The notes below the pieces were generated by a model. The model did not search any database. It saw only the letters and a program-made list of their open reading frames with translations, and was not told the origin of the DNA. DNA of 64,000 nt, taken from NCBI RefSeq assembly GCF_036365525.1, contig NC_090380.1:17608001-17672000 (forward strand), given 5' to 3'. Source of the stretch: Heterodontus francisci. Taxonomy: Eukaryota. Each line of letters opens with the position of its first letter. Position 1 is the stretch's first letter. Of the stretch, positions 50,137 through 62,864 are shown piece by piece. The position numbers and the translations under genes were made by a program.

Positions 50137-50711
50137 TTAAAATTCATTCATGGGATGTTGGCATCACTGGCAAGTCCAGCGTTTATTGTCCATCCCTCAT
50201 TGCCCTTGAGAAGGTGGTGGTGAGCCACCTTCTTGGAAAAAAAAATGAGTGGCTTGTTGGACCATTATAGAGAGCAGTTAAGAGTCAATCACATTGCTGT
50301 GAGTCTGGAGTCATATGTAGGCCAGACCAGGTAAGGACAGCAGATTTCCTCCCCTAAAGGACATCAGTGAACCAGTTGGGTTTTTGCGACAATCTGGTAG
50401 TTTCACGGTCACCATTACTCATATTGTTTTTTATTTGAGACCTATTTAAATAATTAAATTTAAATTCCCTGGCTGCCATGGTTGGATTTCAACTCATGAG
50501 TGTCAGATCATTAGTCCAGGCCTCTGGATTACCAGTATCACCTGTACATTCACCAACATCACTCAGACCTTCACCAATGTCGCCTGTACATTCACCAATA
50601 TCACCTCATGCTTTCTGCCAGGGGCTACCGTCCCTCAAAATATGAGTGAAAATGTGTTACAAAATTCACATTTTATTACGGCAACACCCTGTATCCAGCC
50701 ACTTGCCTCAG

Positions 50712-53395
50712 ATTAAAACAGAAAATGCTGGAAATACCTAGCAGGTCTGGAAGCATCTGTGGAGAGAGTAACAGAGCTAACGTATCAGGTCAATTACCCC
50801 TCATCAGAACTGGAAGATGTTAAAGATGTAACAGGCCTTAAGCAAGTATAAAGGTGGAGTGAGGTTTGGGGGGTGGGGGGGGGGGGGGGGGGTGGGTGTG
50901 GTGGAGGTTCTGTGGTGAGGAAAGAAGGAAAGGGAAGGTTTGTGATAGGGTGGAAGACAGGAGAGATTGACTAACAAAAGGGATAATGGTGCAAGGCAAA
51001 TGGAGATGGTAATGGGACAAGGAAAGAAACAAAAAATGTGGCCAGAGAAGGTGAAAATGGGAATAGCAGAATCCCACCAACAACTGCTGTCCAAAAATCA
51101 AAACACACCAAAAAATGGAGCAGTGGTTACAACCTGAAATTGTTGAATTCAGTATTGAGTCCAGAAGGCTGTAAAGTGCTGAATTGAAAGATGAGGTGCT
51201 GTTCCTCAAGCTTATGTTGAGCTTCATTAGAACAGTGCAGGAGGCCGACAACAGTGAGGTCAGAGTGAGAGTGGAGCAGAGAATTAAAATGACAGGTAAA
51301 CAGAAGCTGAGGATCAGGCTTGAGGATTGAATGGAGGCGTTCTCCAAAGCAGTCACAACCCAATCTGTAGTTGGTTTCCCCAGTATAGAGGAGACTGCAT
51401 TGTGAGCAGCAAATGCAAATTGAAAGAAGTACAAGTAAATCATTGTTTAACCTGGGCCTTGGACAGTGAGGAAAAGGGCGGGTATTGCATCTCCTGCACT
51501 TGCATGGGAAGGTGTCGTGGGAAGGGGAGGAGATGTTGTGGGCGATTGAGAAGTGGACCAGGGTGTTGCGGATGGAACAGTACCTTCGGAATACTGAAAG
51601 GGGAGGAGGTGGCAGAAAAGGCAGAGGATGGTCTATTGAATGTGGAGACTGGTGGGGGTGGAAGGTGAGACTAAGAAGGAGGGGAAGTGGTGAGAGCAGA
51701 GGTGCGGGAAATGCACACAATCAAAGGCCATGCGAACCACGATGGGGGGAATCCTCGGTTAAGGAAAAAGGAAGACATATCGAAAGCATTGGTATCAGAG
51801 ACAGAGAAACTGGGAGAGACCGTACAGTAAGCAGGGTGCAAGGAAGTGTAGCTGTGGGAGCCAGTGGGAATATGTTGGATATTAAGCGATTGCCTATCCC
51901 AGAAATGGAAACAGAGATGTCGAAGTTGAGAGCTGGATCTGAACCATGTGAAGGCGAGAGAAGGGTGAAAACTGGAAGCAAAGTTAATGAAATTTTTCAG
52001 TTCAGGGTGAGAGTAGGGATCAGCACCAATACAGTTATCAATGTACTTGAAAATGAGATGAGGGAGGGCACCTGAGTAGGACTGGAATAAGGAATGTTCC
52101 ACATAGACGTAACCAAGAACAATACGGGTACCCAAAGCATCACTTCTTATTTGGAGGAAGTGAGTGGAGTTAAAGGAGAAGTTGTTCAATGTGAGAACAA
52201 GTTCAGTTAGACAGAAGAGGATGGTGGTGGATGGGGACAGGTTGGGTCTTCATTCAAGGAATTGGAGTGCCCTCAAACCATCCTTTGGGGGTAGAGGCAT
52301 AGAAAAATTGAATGTCCATGGTAAAAAGGAGATAGTTAGGGCCAGGAAACTGGAAACTGTTGAAGTGGTGAAAGACATCAGAAGACTCTCAGATATATGT
52401 GGGAAGATACTACACAAGGAGAGAAATAATAGAGTCAAGATGGGAAGAAGTTAGTTTGGTAGGGCAAGAACAGGCTGAAATGATGGGTCAATTGTGGCAG
52501 TCCTGTTTGTGGATCTTGGGAAGGAAGTAGAAGTGGGCTGTCCGATGTTAGGGGACTATGAGTTTAGAGGCCGTGAAGGGAAGATTTCCAGAGGAGATGA
52601 AGTCAGTGACAGACTTGGAAACAATGGCTTGATGTTAGGTGTTGGGGTGATTGGGGGAGGTAGGAGGAGGTGTCGAGAGTTGGCATTCAGCCTCTGCTAG
52701 GTAGATGTTGGTTTGCCAAACAACAGCACCACCCTTGTCAGCAGATTTGATGACAAATTCGGGTTGGGCCCGAGAGAATGGAGTGCTGCAAGGTCAGTGG
52801 GAGACAGAGTGAGTGAGGGGAGCAGAGAAATTGAGATGGTCAGTGTCACATCAGCAGTTTTCCATGAAAGGATCTAGAGAGGGTAAGGAACAAGAATCCT
52901 GAAGGCAGGAAAAATGGTCTGCTGTAAGAGGAAGACCTCTGGCCAAAGAAGTGGATGCAGAAGCAAAGGTGACAAAAGAGATCAGCATCATCCCAGGCTC
53001 GAAATTCATTGAGGTGGATGAAGGGGATGAAGCTGAGTTCTTTGCTGAGGACACATCATTCAGGGTCAGAAAAGGGAAGGTTAGAGGGGATCATGGAAAC
53101 ATGGCCAAGGGTAAGATTGGAAGAAAGGATTGGGTGTGAGAAAAATGAAGGCGAAGAAGGATCCGGATGGGCATTGGTATCCATGAATTGTTGAAGCTTG
53201 TGATCCTTGTCAAATGAAAGGAAGAAAAATAATGTTTTTGGTTAAAGTGCTGGATCTGACAAATGGTGAAGTGGAACTGCGAACCAGGATAACTTTAAGA
53301 TGGAGTAAGTTGATGTTACAGGAGAGTTTCAGAGCATGAATGTAGTGATGCATGCCATTGAGTATGGATCTTCGAGTGGGGTGAGAGCAGTCTGA
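50712..53395 (-). mobile_element. Long degraded Penelope element (RT, GIY-YIG, terminal repeat); its N-terminal coding part resumes at 58973-59140
   Basis: NNFSFNSTHFLQI...FKYIDNCIG (RT), CCSQCSLLYTGET...HFNS...[20 protein letters not shown] (GIY-YIG); terminal repeat with mutated hammerhead at 50775-50811. Confidence 0.85.
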
Positions 53396-54559
53396 GAAGG
53401 AGAAGAAAGGGGAGGCAGCTGCAACCAGCAACCCAACACCTACCCCGTGCCCGGAAACTCCTTCTCTACAGAGGAGGCAGCAGATGGACAAACTTGTCAG
53501 TGACAAGTGGTAAAAAGGAAAACCACAAAAAAGAAGCCTCCAAAAAAGGAACAGGTCACCACACAAACCAGTGGCAAGAGGCGGCTACCGTCTGAGACAG
53601 ACTATAGCAGCTCCTCCTCACTGGACGGGGAAGGGCCGGAAAGACAGTAAATGCAAAAGAAGCAGCAGAACTCAAAGGAGCTGGAAGAGAAAGCCCCCCA
53701 GCTCCGGGGCACTGGAAGCTGTGACGGGTCCAGCGTGCCCCAACCCCAAAGCGCCGAACCCAGCGCACCCCAGTTCTGGGAGTCCGAGAGCAGCGAAGCA
53801 TCTGGCGCACTCCAGCTCCAGGAAGCCAGCAGCAGTGATGTTTTCGAGGAGGAATAGAGGGGAAAGACACCACCAGCAGAAGACAGCCCAAGCCTTGCTG
53901 CCTACAAGATCCTCCCGATGTCACCCCAGCAGAACAAACCCCCCCATGAGTAACCAGGAGGGGTTTCTGAGATCAACGAATGTTTATGTGCACTATGGGA
54001 ATGCACGAACATACCCAAGGACTGGGACTAGCAAGGCCACCTGGTGTGGTAAGCAACACCCAACTTTAAAATGGGTATAAAGATTGCTTTGATTAACGTA
54101 CATAGCGTTAAATCCACTATGCGATGTGTTTCGACCTTGGACTGCCTCGCCAATGTCAAAGCCAATCTGCTGTTCCTGCAGGAATGTGGAATGCCGCACC
54201 TCAGCACCTACAGGCAATGGTCGCGATGGTGGTCCCAGGGGCCATCGATCTGGTCGGGGGAAATGATTCCCGTTCCTCCGGCCTGGGTATTCTGCTGCAG
54301 GGAGGCAACGTCACCATCTCCAAAGTTAAGGAGGCGGTGGGCGGTAGCCGGTAGCCTCCTCGTAGCAGAAGTAATGTGCAACAATGCTCCGCTCCAGTTA
54401 ATCAACGTGTATGCCCTGGTTCAATGCAGCGAACGGCTGACCGTCCTCCAGCAGCTCCCACTGCTGCTGGCGACATCCAGGCCGGTTATTCTTGGCAGTG
54501 ACTTCAACTGCATCATTAACGCAGCTGGACGATCCGGCAAGGACGACAGCAAACTGGAC

Positions 54560-54911
54560 TATAAGCGGCATGGACAGAGTGGATAGTCAGAAGCTTTTTC
54601 CCAGGGTGTAAGAGTCAGTTACTAGGGGACATAGGTTTAAGGTGAGAGGGGCAAAGTTTAGAGGGGATGTGCGAGGCAAGTTCTTTACAAAGAGGGTGGT
54701 GAGTGCCTGGAACTTGTTGCCGGGGGAGGTGGTGGAAGCAGATACCATAGAGACGTTTAAGAGGCATCTTGACAAATACATGAATAGGATGGGAATAGAG
54801 GGATACGGACCCCGGAAGTGCAGAAGGTTTTAGTTTAGGCAGGCATCAAGATCGGCGCAGGCTTGGAGAGCCGAATGGCCTGTTCCTGTGCTGTACTGTT
54901 CTTTGTTCTTT
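54560..54911 (+). mobile_element. CR1 3' fragment nested in the Tx1 endonuclease region
   Basis: KFRGDVRGKFFTKRVVSAWNLLP; (TTTGTTC)n tail; host sequence resumes afterwards. Confidence 0.85.
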
Positions 54912-56536
54912 GACGCTACGTCCAGATTCCTAATGGAAACGGTAAAAGATGCCAAGCAGCACGACGTCTTCAGCAAACCTGCAGACGGAGCGCAGGGTAG
55001 ATACACCTGGTCAAAACTGGATGGGTCTGCTCGTACCAGAATTGACTTCCTGTTTGTGTCCTGTGCTTTCACGGTCAGATCCACCGAAGCCAAGCCGATG
55101 TATTTTTCTGAACACTGCCTCTTACTGGCCGACTGTCACTTACAGGATGACCAGCGGGTTGGCAGAGGGACATGGAAGCTGAATGTAAAACTGCTAACCC
55201 CAGAGAATGCTGAGGAACTCAAAAGGGATTACAAAGGTTGGAGAACCGTGAAACCCCTCTTTGAGTCTCCGGTGCACTGGTGGGAAGCGATCAAGGCAAA
55301 CATCAAGAGGTTCTTTATCCTCAAAGGTGTTCAGAGGGCGAGAGAGAGAGACAGAGGGAAATGTCCCGACTCCAGAAAAGAATGCAGAATCTGCTCCGGC
55401 TGCAGTTGATGGGGGTCGAGGTCAAGAAGGATCTCCAAGAGGTGAAGAGACAGCAGGCCTCGCTCTTTGCCAGGGAGGCCTCCAAGATCATCTTCCGTTC
55501 CAGAGTCCGCTCCGTGGAGCAGGATAAGATGTGCTCACATTTCTTCTTCCAAAAATACAGAGAGAGAGAGAGAGCTCTGTGATCAGCAGCCTGAAGGAAG
55601 AGGATGGCTCTGTAACATCATCACAGTTTGACATACTAAGGATTATTTGATCCTTTTATGCTGGACTGTAGGACGTGATGCCCATGGACAGCACAGCCTC
55701 CCAGTCCTTCCTGTCATTCATCACGGAGATCTTAAATGGACGAGCTGACAAAGGCCATCAGGTCCTTTGGGATGAGTAAAACTCCCAGACGCGACGGCTT
55801 ACAAGTCAACTGACTTGGATTGGGCTCTGCGGGACTGGATCGGCCCAGACTTGCTGGAAGTGTACGAGAGTATGCTTCTGGCCGGCAGCATTTCAGAATC
55901 CATGAGGAAAGGCATCATCACCCTCATCTACAAGCGGAAGGAGGAGAGGGCGGAAATCAGAAATTGGCCGCCTATCTCACTGCTTTATGTTGACTACAAG
56001 ATTCTGTCCAAAGTCATCGCCAGTCGGGTCAAGTCTGCTCTGAAGTTGGTGATTGACCCTGACCAGACCTGTACTGTACCCGGCAGGAAGATCTCTGACA
56101 GTCCCACGCTACTCAGGGATACGATCACCTATGTATGGGACAGGAGGGTGGACACCTGCCTCATCAGCTTGGACCAGGAAAAGGCTTTTGACAGGATATC
56201 GCACACGTACATGATGGACGTGCTCTCCAAAATGGGGTTTGGGGATGGAATCCGCAATTGGATCAAACTGCTCTGCACCAACATCAGGAGCACAGTCTCA
56301 ATCAATGGGTGGGAATCAGAAAGTTTCCCAATTCAATCTGGAGTCAGACAGGGCTGTCCTCTCTCCCCTGTCCTGTTTGTTTGCTGTATCGAACCTTTTG
56401 CTGAGTCCATTAGGAAGGATGTGGGCATAAGAGGGATGACAATCCCAGACAGCGGAGGCACTCAGGTAAAAGCCTCCCTGGACATGGACGACATCGGAAT
56501 CTTCTGCACAGATCTGCTGTCCATTCGCAGACTGAT

Positions 56537-57505
56537 ATACATAAATGATTTGGAGGAAAGTATAGGTGGTCTGATTAGCAAGTTTGCAGACGACACTAAG
56601 ATTGGTGGAGTAGCAGATAGTGAAGGGGACTGTCAGAGAATACAGCAGAATATAGATAGATTGGAGAGTTGGGCAGAGAAATGGCAGATAGAGTTCAATC
56701 AGGGCAAATGCGAGGTGATGCATTTTGGATGAACCAATTCAAGAGTGAACTATACAGTAAATGGAAAAGTCCTGGGGAAAAGTGATGTACAGAGAGATTT
56801 GGGTGTTCAGGTCCATTGTTCCCTGAAGGTGGCAACGCAGGTCAATAGAGTGGTCAAGAAGGCATACGGCATGCTTTCCTTCATCGGACGGGGTATTGAG
56901 TACAAGAGTTGGCAGGTCATGTTACAGTTGTATAGGACTTTGATTCGGCCACATTTGGAATACTGCGTGCAGTTCTGGTCGCCACATTACCAAAAGGATG
57001 TGGATGCTTTGGAGAGGGTGCAGAGGAGGTTCACCAGGATGTTGCCTGGTATGGAGGGCGCTAGCTATGAAGAGAGATTGAGTAGATTAGGATTATTTTC
57101 ATTAGAAAGATGGAGGTTGAGGGGGGACCTGATTGAGGTGTACAAAATCATGAGAGGTATAGACAGGTTGGATAGCAAGAAGCTTTTTCCCAGAGTGGGG
57201 GATTCAATTACTAGGGGACACGAGTTCAAAGTGAAAGGAGAAAAGTTTAGGGGGGATATGCGTGGAAAGTTCTTTACGCAGAGGGTGGTGGGTGCCTGGA
57301 ACACGTTGCCAGCGGAGGTGGTAGACGCGGGCACGATAGCGTCTTTTAAGATGTATCTAGACAGATACATGAATGGGCAGGAAGTAAAGAGATACAGACC
57401 CTTAGAAAATAGGCGACAGGTTTAGATAGAGGATCTGGATCGGCGTAGGCTTGGAGGGCCGAAGGGCCTGTTCCTGTGCTGTAATTTTCTTTGTTCTTTG
57501 TTCTT
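56537..57505 (+). mobile_element. CR1 fragment (RT C-terminal half to 3' end) nested in the Tx1 RT
   Basis: IYINDL...[24 protein letters not shown]; TGAT duplicated at the flanks. Confidence 0.9.
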
Positions 57506-59306
57506 TGATGAGCATCTGCGACCAGTTCGAACTGACCTTGGGAGCCAAAGTAAATTGCTGCAAGAGTGAGGCCATGTTCTTTGGGAACTGGGCCGACCGA
57601 TCCTTTGTCCCCTTCACCGTCAGATCAGACTACCTGAAGGTGCTGGGGATATGGTTCAGATGGGCCAGGGCATGTGCCAAAACCTGGAAGGAGCAAGCAG
57701 CCATGGTAAACTATAAACTGAGTATGTGGGAGCAGTGTTCTGTCTCCATTGTGGGTAAGAACCTGGTCATCAGGTGCGAGGCGTTCACATTGTTGCTGTG
57801 TGTGGCTCAGGCCCAGCCCATACCTCACTCCTGCGCCATGGCGGTCACCCGAGCCATTTTCCACTTTATCTGGAGATCCAAAATGGACCAGGTCCGGAGG
57901 GACACAATGTTCAAACCTCTGGATAAACGTCGCCCTCATCCTGATGATCATCTTTGTGTGCAGCTTCATCAAGCTGTGCGTAGAGCCCCAGTACACAAAC
58001 ACCAAATGTTATTACGTGCTGAGGTTCTGTCTGTCCCTTGTGTTGCGAAGGAAGGGTCTGGCCACATTGCCGCGGAACGCTCCATCCAGTTGGACCGTGC
58101 CGTACCACCTATCCTTCGTGGAAATGTTTGTGCAGAAAAACACCTTTGACCACCAATCCATCAGGCAGTCGTCTGCACGGAATGTTCTCAAGGCCCTACG
58201 GGAAAATGAGATGGTGGATCCTTTCAGATGGTTCCCCAAGCAAACTGTCAAAGTCATTTAGCAGAATGCCTCATCACCAGAACTTTCAAACAAGCACCAA
58301 GATGTAGCTTGGCTGGTGGTGAGAAGGGCCCTTCCCTTCAGATCCTTCCTGCATGACCGGAATCTCAACACCTCCGCACGCTGTCCTCGAGGTGGCAAAG
58401 CAGGTGTGGAAAGAGATACAGTGGTTTTTATCGAGGTTCATCCTGAGCAGCTCTGTAACAGAGGAGTCTGTGCTCGACGGGGTGCTCCCAGGGACGCACA
58501 CCGAGGTAAACATCAACTGCTGCTGGAGGACCATCAATTTGGTGAAAGACCCTCTTTGGTCTGCCCGAAACTTGCTGGTCTTGCAGCACAAAGAGTTGTC
58601 CACCACCGAGTGTTGCAGACTGGCACATTCCAAGGTCCAGGACTACGTGCTGAGGGATGCACTAAAGCTTGGGGTAGCCACAGCAAAAGCTCAATGGGGA
58701 AAGACCACAGTGTAAGGTCCATTCGCGCGGTGAACCGAGGGGCTGGAACCCATGGAAAACCCCTCGGGCTGTATGCACCAAAATATGGTTTTGTTGTGAA
58801 ATGTACATTGCATGTAAAATGGAATGGAAGGGTTGTGAGGCAACTCATTTCAGTATTGAAGAAAACTGATTTCCTTTGCACTTTCTGGAATGTCAACTGG
58901 GAGCTGTTCTGAACTGTTTTGTAATGTATTTTTTACATATTTTTATGAATAAAGAATATATTTGGAAAAAAAAGACAGCAGTGGCCCGAGGAGCGCTGAA
59001 TATCTTTGAGATATCTGTAATCAAGGGTGGATCCAAAACATGAAGGGTGGAATTTCAGTTGGAATCCACCTGGAATAAGTTGGAATCGGAGACAGTCGCT
59101 GAGGAAAGAGATGTGGCTGTGAAAGTGAGTTTTGGTAGATGTGTTAGCTGTGGCTCAGTTGGCAGCACTGTCACTTCTGAGTCAGATGGTTGTAGATCTG
59201 AGCACAAAAATCAAGGCTGACACTCCAGTTCACTACTGAGGGACTCCTGCACTGTTGGAGGTGCCGTCTTTCAGATGAGATGTTAGACTGAGGCCCCATT
59301 TGCCTT

Positions 59307-59805
59307 AGAGTCATAGAATTATACAGCACAGAAACAGGCCCTTCGGCCCACCATGTCCATGCCGGCCATCAAGCTTATTTATTCTAATCCAATTTTCCAG
59401 CACTTGGCCCATAGCCTTGTATGCTATGGCATTTCAAGTGCTCATCTAAATACTTCTTAAATGTTGTGAAGGTTCCTGCCTCTACCACCCCTTCAGGCAG
59501 TGTGTTCCAGATTCCAACCACCCTCTGGGTGAATAAAATTTTCCTCAAATCCCCTCTAAACCTCCTGCCCCTCACCTTAAATCCATGCCTCCTAGATATT
59601 GACACCTCCGCTAGGGAAAAAGTTTCTTCTTATCTACCCTATCTATGCCCCTCATAATTTTGTATACCTCAATCAGGTCCCCCCTCAGCCTTCTCTACTC
59701 TGAAAATAACCCTAGCCTATCCAGTCACTCTTCATAGCTGAAATGCTCCAGCCCAGGCAACATCCTGGTGAATCTCCTCTGCACCCTCTCCAGAGCAATC
59801 ACATC
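59307..59805 (-). mobile_element. CR1 3' fragment nested in a Deu-domain SINE
   Basis: [22 protein letters not shown]; SINE halves flank it. Confidence 0.8.
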
Positions 59806-60714
59806 CTTCCGCCTTCTCGGTTGGAAGTAAAAGACCCAATGGCACTATTTCGAAGAAGAGCAGGGGAGCTCCCCTTGGTATCCTGGCCAATATTAATCCC
59901 TCAGTTAACATCATAAAAACAGATTATCTGGTCATTATCACGTTGTTTGTGGGAGTTTGCTGTCAGCAAATTGGCTGCTGCGTTTCCTACATTACAACAA
60001 TGACTACACTTCTAAAAAGTACTTCATTGGCTGTAAAGTGCTTTGGGACGGTAGTTATACCATTGAACAAAGCATTAAGCAAGAAATAATAGGGACTTGT
60101 ACAAAGGCAATATAATAACCATGAGGGACTTTAGTCTTTACAGTGTGGACGAATCAAATAGACAAAGTTATTCTGGAAGATGTCTTTGTAGAATGCTTTC
60201 ACAGCAGCTTCCCAGAACAATATGTTGTGGAATCAAATAGGGACGAGGCTATTTTAGATCTAGTGTTATGTAATGAGGAAGGGTTCATTAGTAATTTCAT
60301 AGTAAAAGATCCTCTGCAAAAAGTGTAGTCATACCTAGCACAATGGAAGATGGTTTGTGATTGTTGGAGGCCAATCATCTCAGCCCCACAACATCACTGG
60401 AGGAATTCCTCAGAGTAGTGTCCTAGGCCCAAATATCTTCAGCTGCTTCATCAATGACTTTCCCTCTATCATAAGGTCAGAAGCGGGGATGTCACAGTCT
60501 CAGGATAAGGAGCTGATCATTTAGAACTGAGATGAGGAGAAAATTTCATCAAAGGGTTGTGAAACTTTGGAATTCTCTACCCCAGAGAGTTGTGGATGCT
60601 CCATCATTGAATATATTTAAGACTGAGATAGACAGATTTTTGGTCACTCGGAATCAAGGGCAATGGGGAACAGGTGGAAAAGTGGAGTTCAGGCAGATCA
60701 GCCATGATCATATT

Positions 60715-61065
60715 GACTATATGTACTTTTTACCATGTGCCTGCCCACTTTTTTTTTCATGTTTGTGCTTTTGGCCAGGGCTGTTCATTATTCTTTCATT
60801 TAACACCCTCTCTGCACTAACGCTTTGTCTTTCACCACACCATTAACAAACCATTTGCCTTTGCTCTGTGACCGTCTGTCCTATCAACACCTTCCCTTTT
60901 GTTATCTTTTGCTCCACCACCACTTTATTTGTTTAAAACCTATTACATTTCTAGCCTCTGCCAGTTCTGATGAAAGGTCACTGACCTGAAACATTAACTC
61001 TGCTTCTCTCTCCACAGATGCTGCCAGACCTGCTGAGTGTTCCCAGCATTTCTTGTTGTTATTAT
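60715..61065 (+). mobile_element. Solo Penelope terminal repeat
   Basis: Reverse-complement match to 14126-14480. Confidence 0.8.
60963..60999 (+). ncRNA. Minimal type I hammerhead ribozyme motif
   Basis: AGTT-CTGATGA-AAGGTCACTGACCT-GAAAC-ATT-AACT. Confidence 0.7.
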
Positions 61066-61619
61066 CTATGATCAAGGCCACCAAAGCCTGAGAGAAAAGT
61101 GGGCCAAATTCAAATGTTTCCTGGCATACAATAAAATTCAGTTTCTCCATAAGCATCAATTCAGATTCTTGTGAGGGGAATTATTTTTCTATCGAGTTGG
61201 GTTCGACTGCGCTATTGTCAGTTATCAGTGCAATTTCACTGAATTACTCTGCGCATCACCATACCCCTGACGACCCCCCCCCCCCCTTTTCAGTTTCTTC
61301 TCTACACCTGTTCACAGGTGGCCTCCTGGTTCTTGGAACTTCACATATAACAACTGCTGGTGCAAAACCATGTGCAAATCTATTCAAATGGTCAAGGGGC
61401 AATAACATTAGATGTCACATGATTAAATGCCACATGGTCAGAATGTCAGGTAAGCAAACCTCCAGCAATGCCTCCAACAAGAGATGGCAATCCTAGTACA
61501 GGTTGGTGAATGATGTCATGTGTGTGTGTATGGTTGTCTCTCAAATCCTTGGACATCATTGTACCAACAAACTACTGCAAACGATGGGATTTATATTATG
61601 TAACTACTTTCTTTGTCCA

Positions 61620-61812
61620 AAAAAAAAGACAGAGGCGCAAGGGGAGAGCCAACTGTGCAACAGCCCCAACAAACAAATTTCTCTGCAGCACCTGTGGAAG
61701 AGCCTGTTACTCCAGAATTGGCCTTTATAGCCACTCCAGGCGCTGCTTCACAAACCACTGACCACCTCCAGGCGCGTATCCATTGTCTCTCGAGATAAGG
61801 AGGCCCAAAAGA
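61620..61812 (+). mobile_element. RTE LINE 3' end (C-terminal Cys/His motif)
   Basis: FLCSTCGRACYSRIGLYSHSRRC. Confidence 0.7.
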
Positions 61813-62269
61813 AACTACTTTCTTTGTCATTTGTGGCTCTTGGTAGCACGCGAGCCTCTGAGTGAATAAATTGTGGGTTGGGGTCTCTCTTCCAGGGCAG
61901 TACTGTCGTAATGTGCCGTGTTTCAGAGACATTAAACTGAGGTCCCATCTGCTCTCAGGTGGATGTAAAAGATTGTATGACACTATTTTGAAGAACAGCA
62001 ATGGTGTTTTGCCTACTGTTCTGGCCAATATTTGCCCCTTAACCAACATCTCTGAAACAGATTATCTGGTCATTATCACACTGTTGTTTGTGAGATCTTG
62101 CTGCGCTTAAATTGGCCGCCATGTTTCCTACACTTCATAAAGTACTCCAATGGCTGTAATGCACTTTGGGACATCCTGGGAACCTGAAAGGTGTTCCAGA
62201 AATACAAGCCTTTCTTACTTGCAGGATTATCTTCCTCTGTCACACTTCCAGAATTGAGCAACTGTCTCA

Positions 62270-62410
62270 ACACGGTCGTGCGACTGACTCCGTATGCTTG
62301 CCTCCTACGTCACGGGAACGTGCGTAGCTGCTGCGCACAATTGCGCTGACGTCAGGATGACGGCGCGTATATAAGGCCGGCGAGCGGAGGGAGTCGCCCT
62401 TTTTCGTGTC
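62270..62410 (+). promoter_or_regulatory. TPT1 core promoter: CRE-like TACGTCA (62306-62312), perfect CRE TGACGTCA (62347-62354), TATATAA (62368-62374), 5'TOP tract CCCTTTTTC (62397-62405)
   Basis: Motifs seen directly in a CpG-rich segment with ~30 nt between TATA and TOP; mammalian TPT1 is an established TOP mRNA with CRE sites and a TATA box. Confidence 0.85.
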
Positions 62411-62458
62411 TGGGTCCGCAGTGCTGCTGTTTTTGGGGGTAATCACCATCTACTCGAA

Positions 62459-62486
62459 ATGAAGATTTATAAGTGCATCATCTCCG
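62459..62486 (+). CDS. TPT1: TPT1 (TCTP, translationally controlled tumour protein) coding exon 1 (MKIYKCIIS)
   Basis: ATG at 62459, 28 coding nt, donor G|gtaagt; lies downstream of TATA and a 5'TOP tract; phase fits exon 2. Confidence 0.92.
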
Positions 62487-62790
62487 GTAAGTATTGCTGC
62501 GGCCGATCTCGCGGCCTACTTTTCGGTGCTTTTTTTTACGAAAGAGAAAACTTTGTAAATGACGGAGCCTGTGGGCCCGGGGGCGGGCGGAAAGAAGGTG
62601 CGAGTTGTCGATAGTTCTGAAAAGCCTGTGCGGACTAGGTTTCGGCATCCTGCCCAGCGGCAGCGTCGGGCGGTACATGGGTGGCCCGCAGTGTGGTTGG
62701 ATGGGAGGGAACACCCCGCGCTGTGGGGGTTTGCTGTGTGTTTTTTTAACCTACGGCTGATTATTTTTTTTACCTCCCCATCATACACAG

Positions 62791-62864
62791 GCGATGAGAT
62801 GTTCTCCGATATCTACAAGATCAAGGAAGCCGCTAAGGGCTTCATGTACGAAGTAGAGGGGAAG
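62791..62864 (+). CDS. TPT1: TPT1 exon 2 (GDEMFSDIYKIKEAAKGFMYEVEGK)
   Basis: cacag|GC acceptor, AAG|gtaaag donor, 74 nt; DEMFSDIYKI...EVEGK is typical TCTP sequence. Confidence 0.96.

Larger units (their letters stand above)
53396..58972 (+). mobile_element. Tx1/L1-clade LINE (ORF1 remnant, APE endonuclease, RT, 3' AATAAA and A tail), disrupted
   Basis: IALINVHSV...LFLQEC, ILGSDFNC, TRIDFLFV (APE); NWPPISLLYVDYKILSK, SLDQEKAFDRISH, GVRQGCPLSP, DMDD (RT). Confidence 0.9.
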
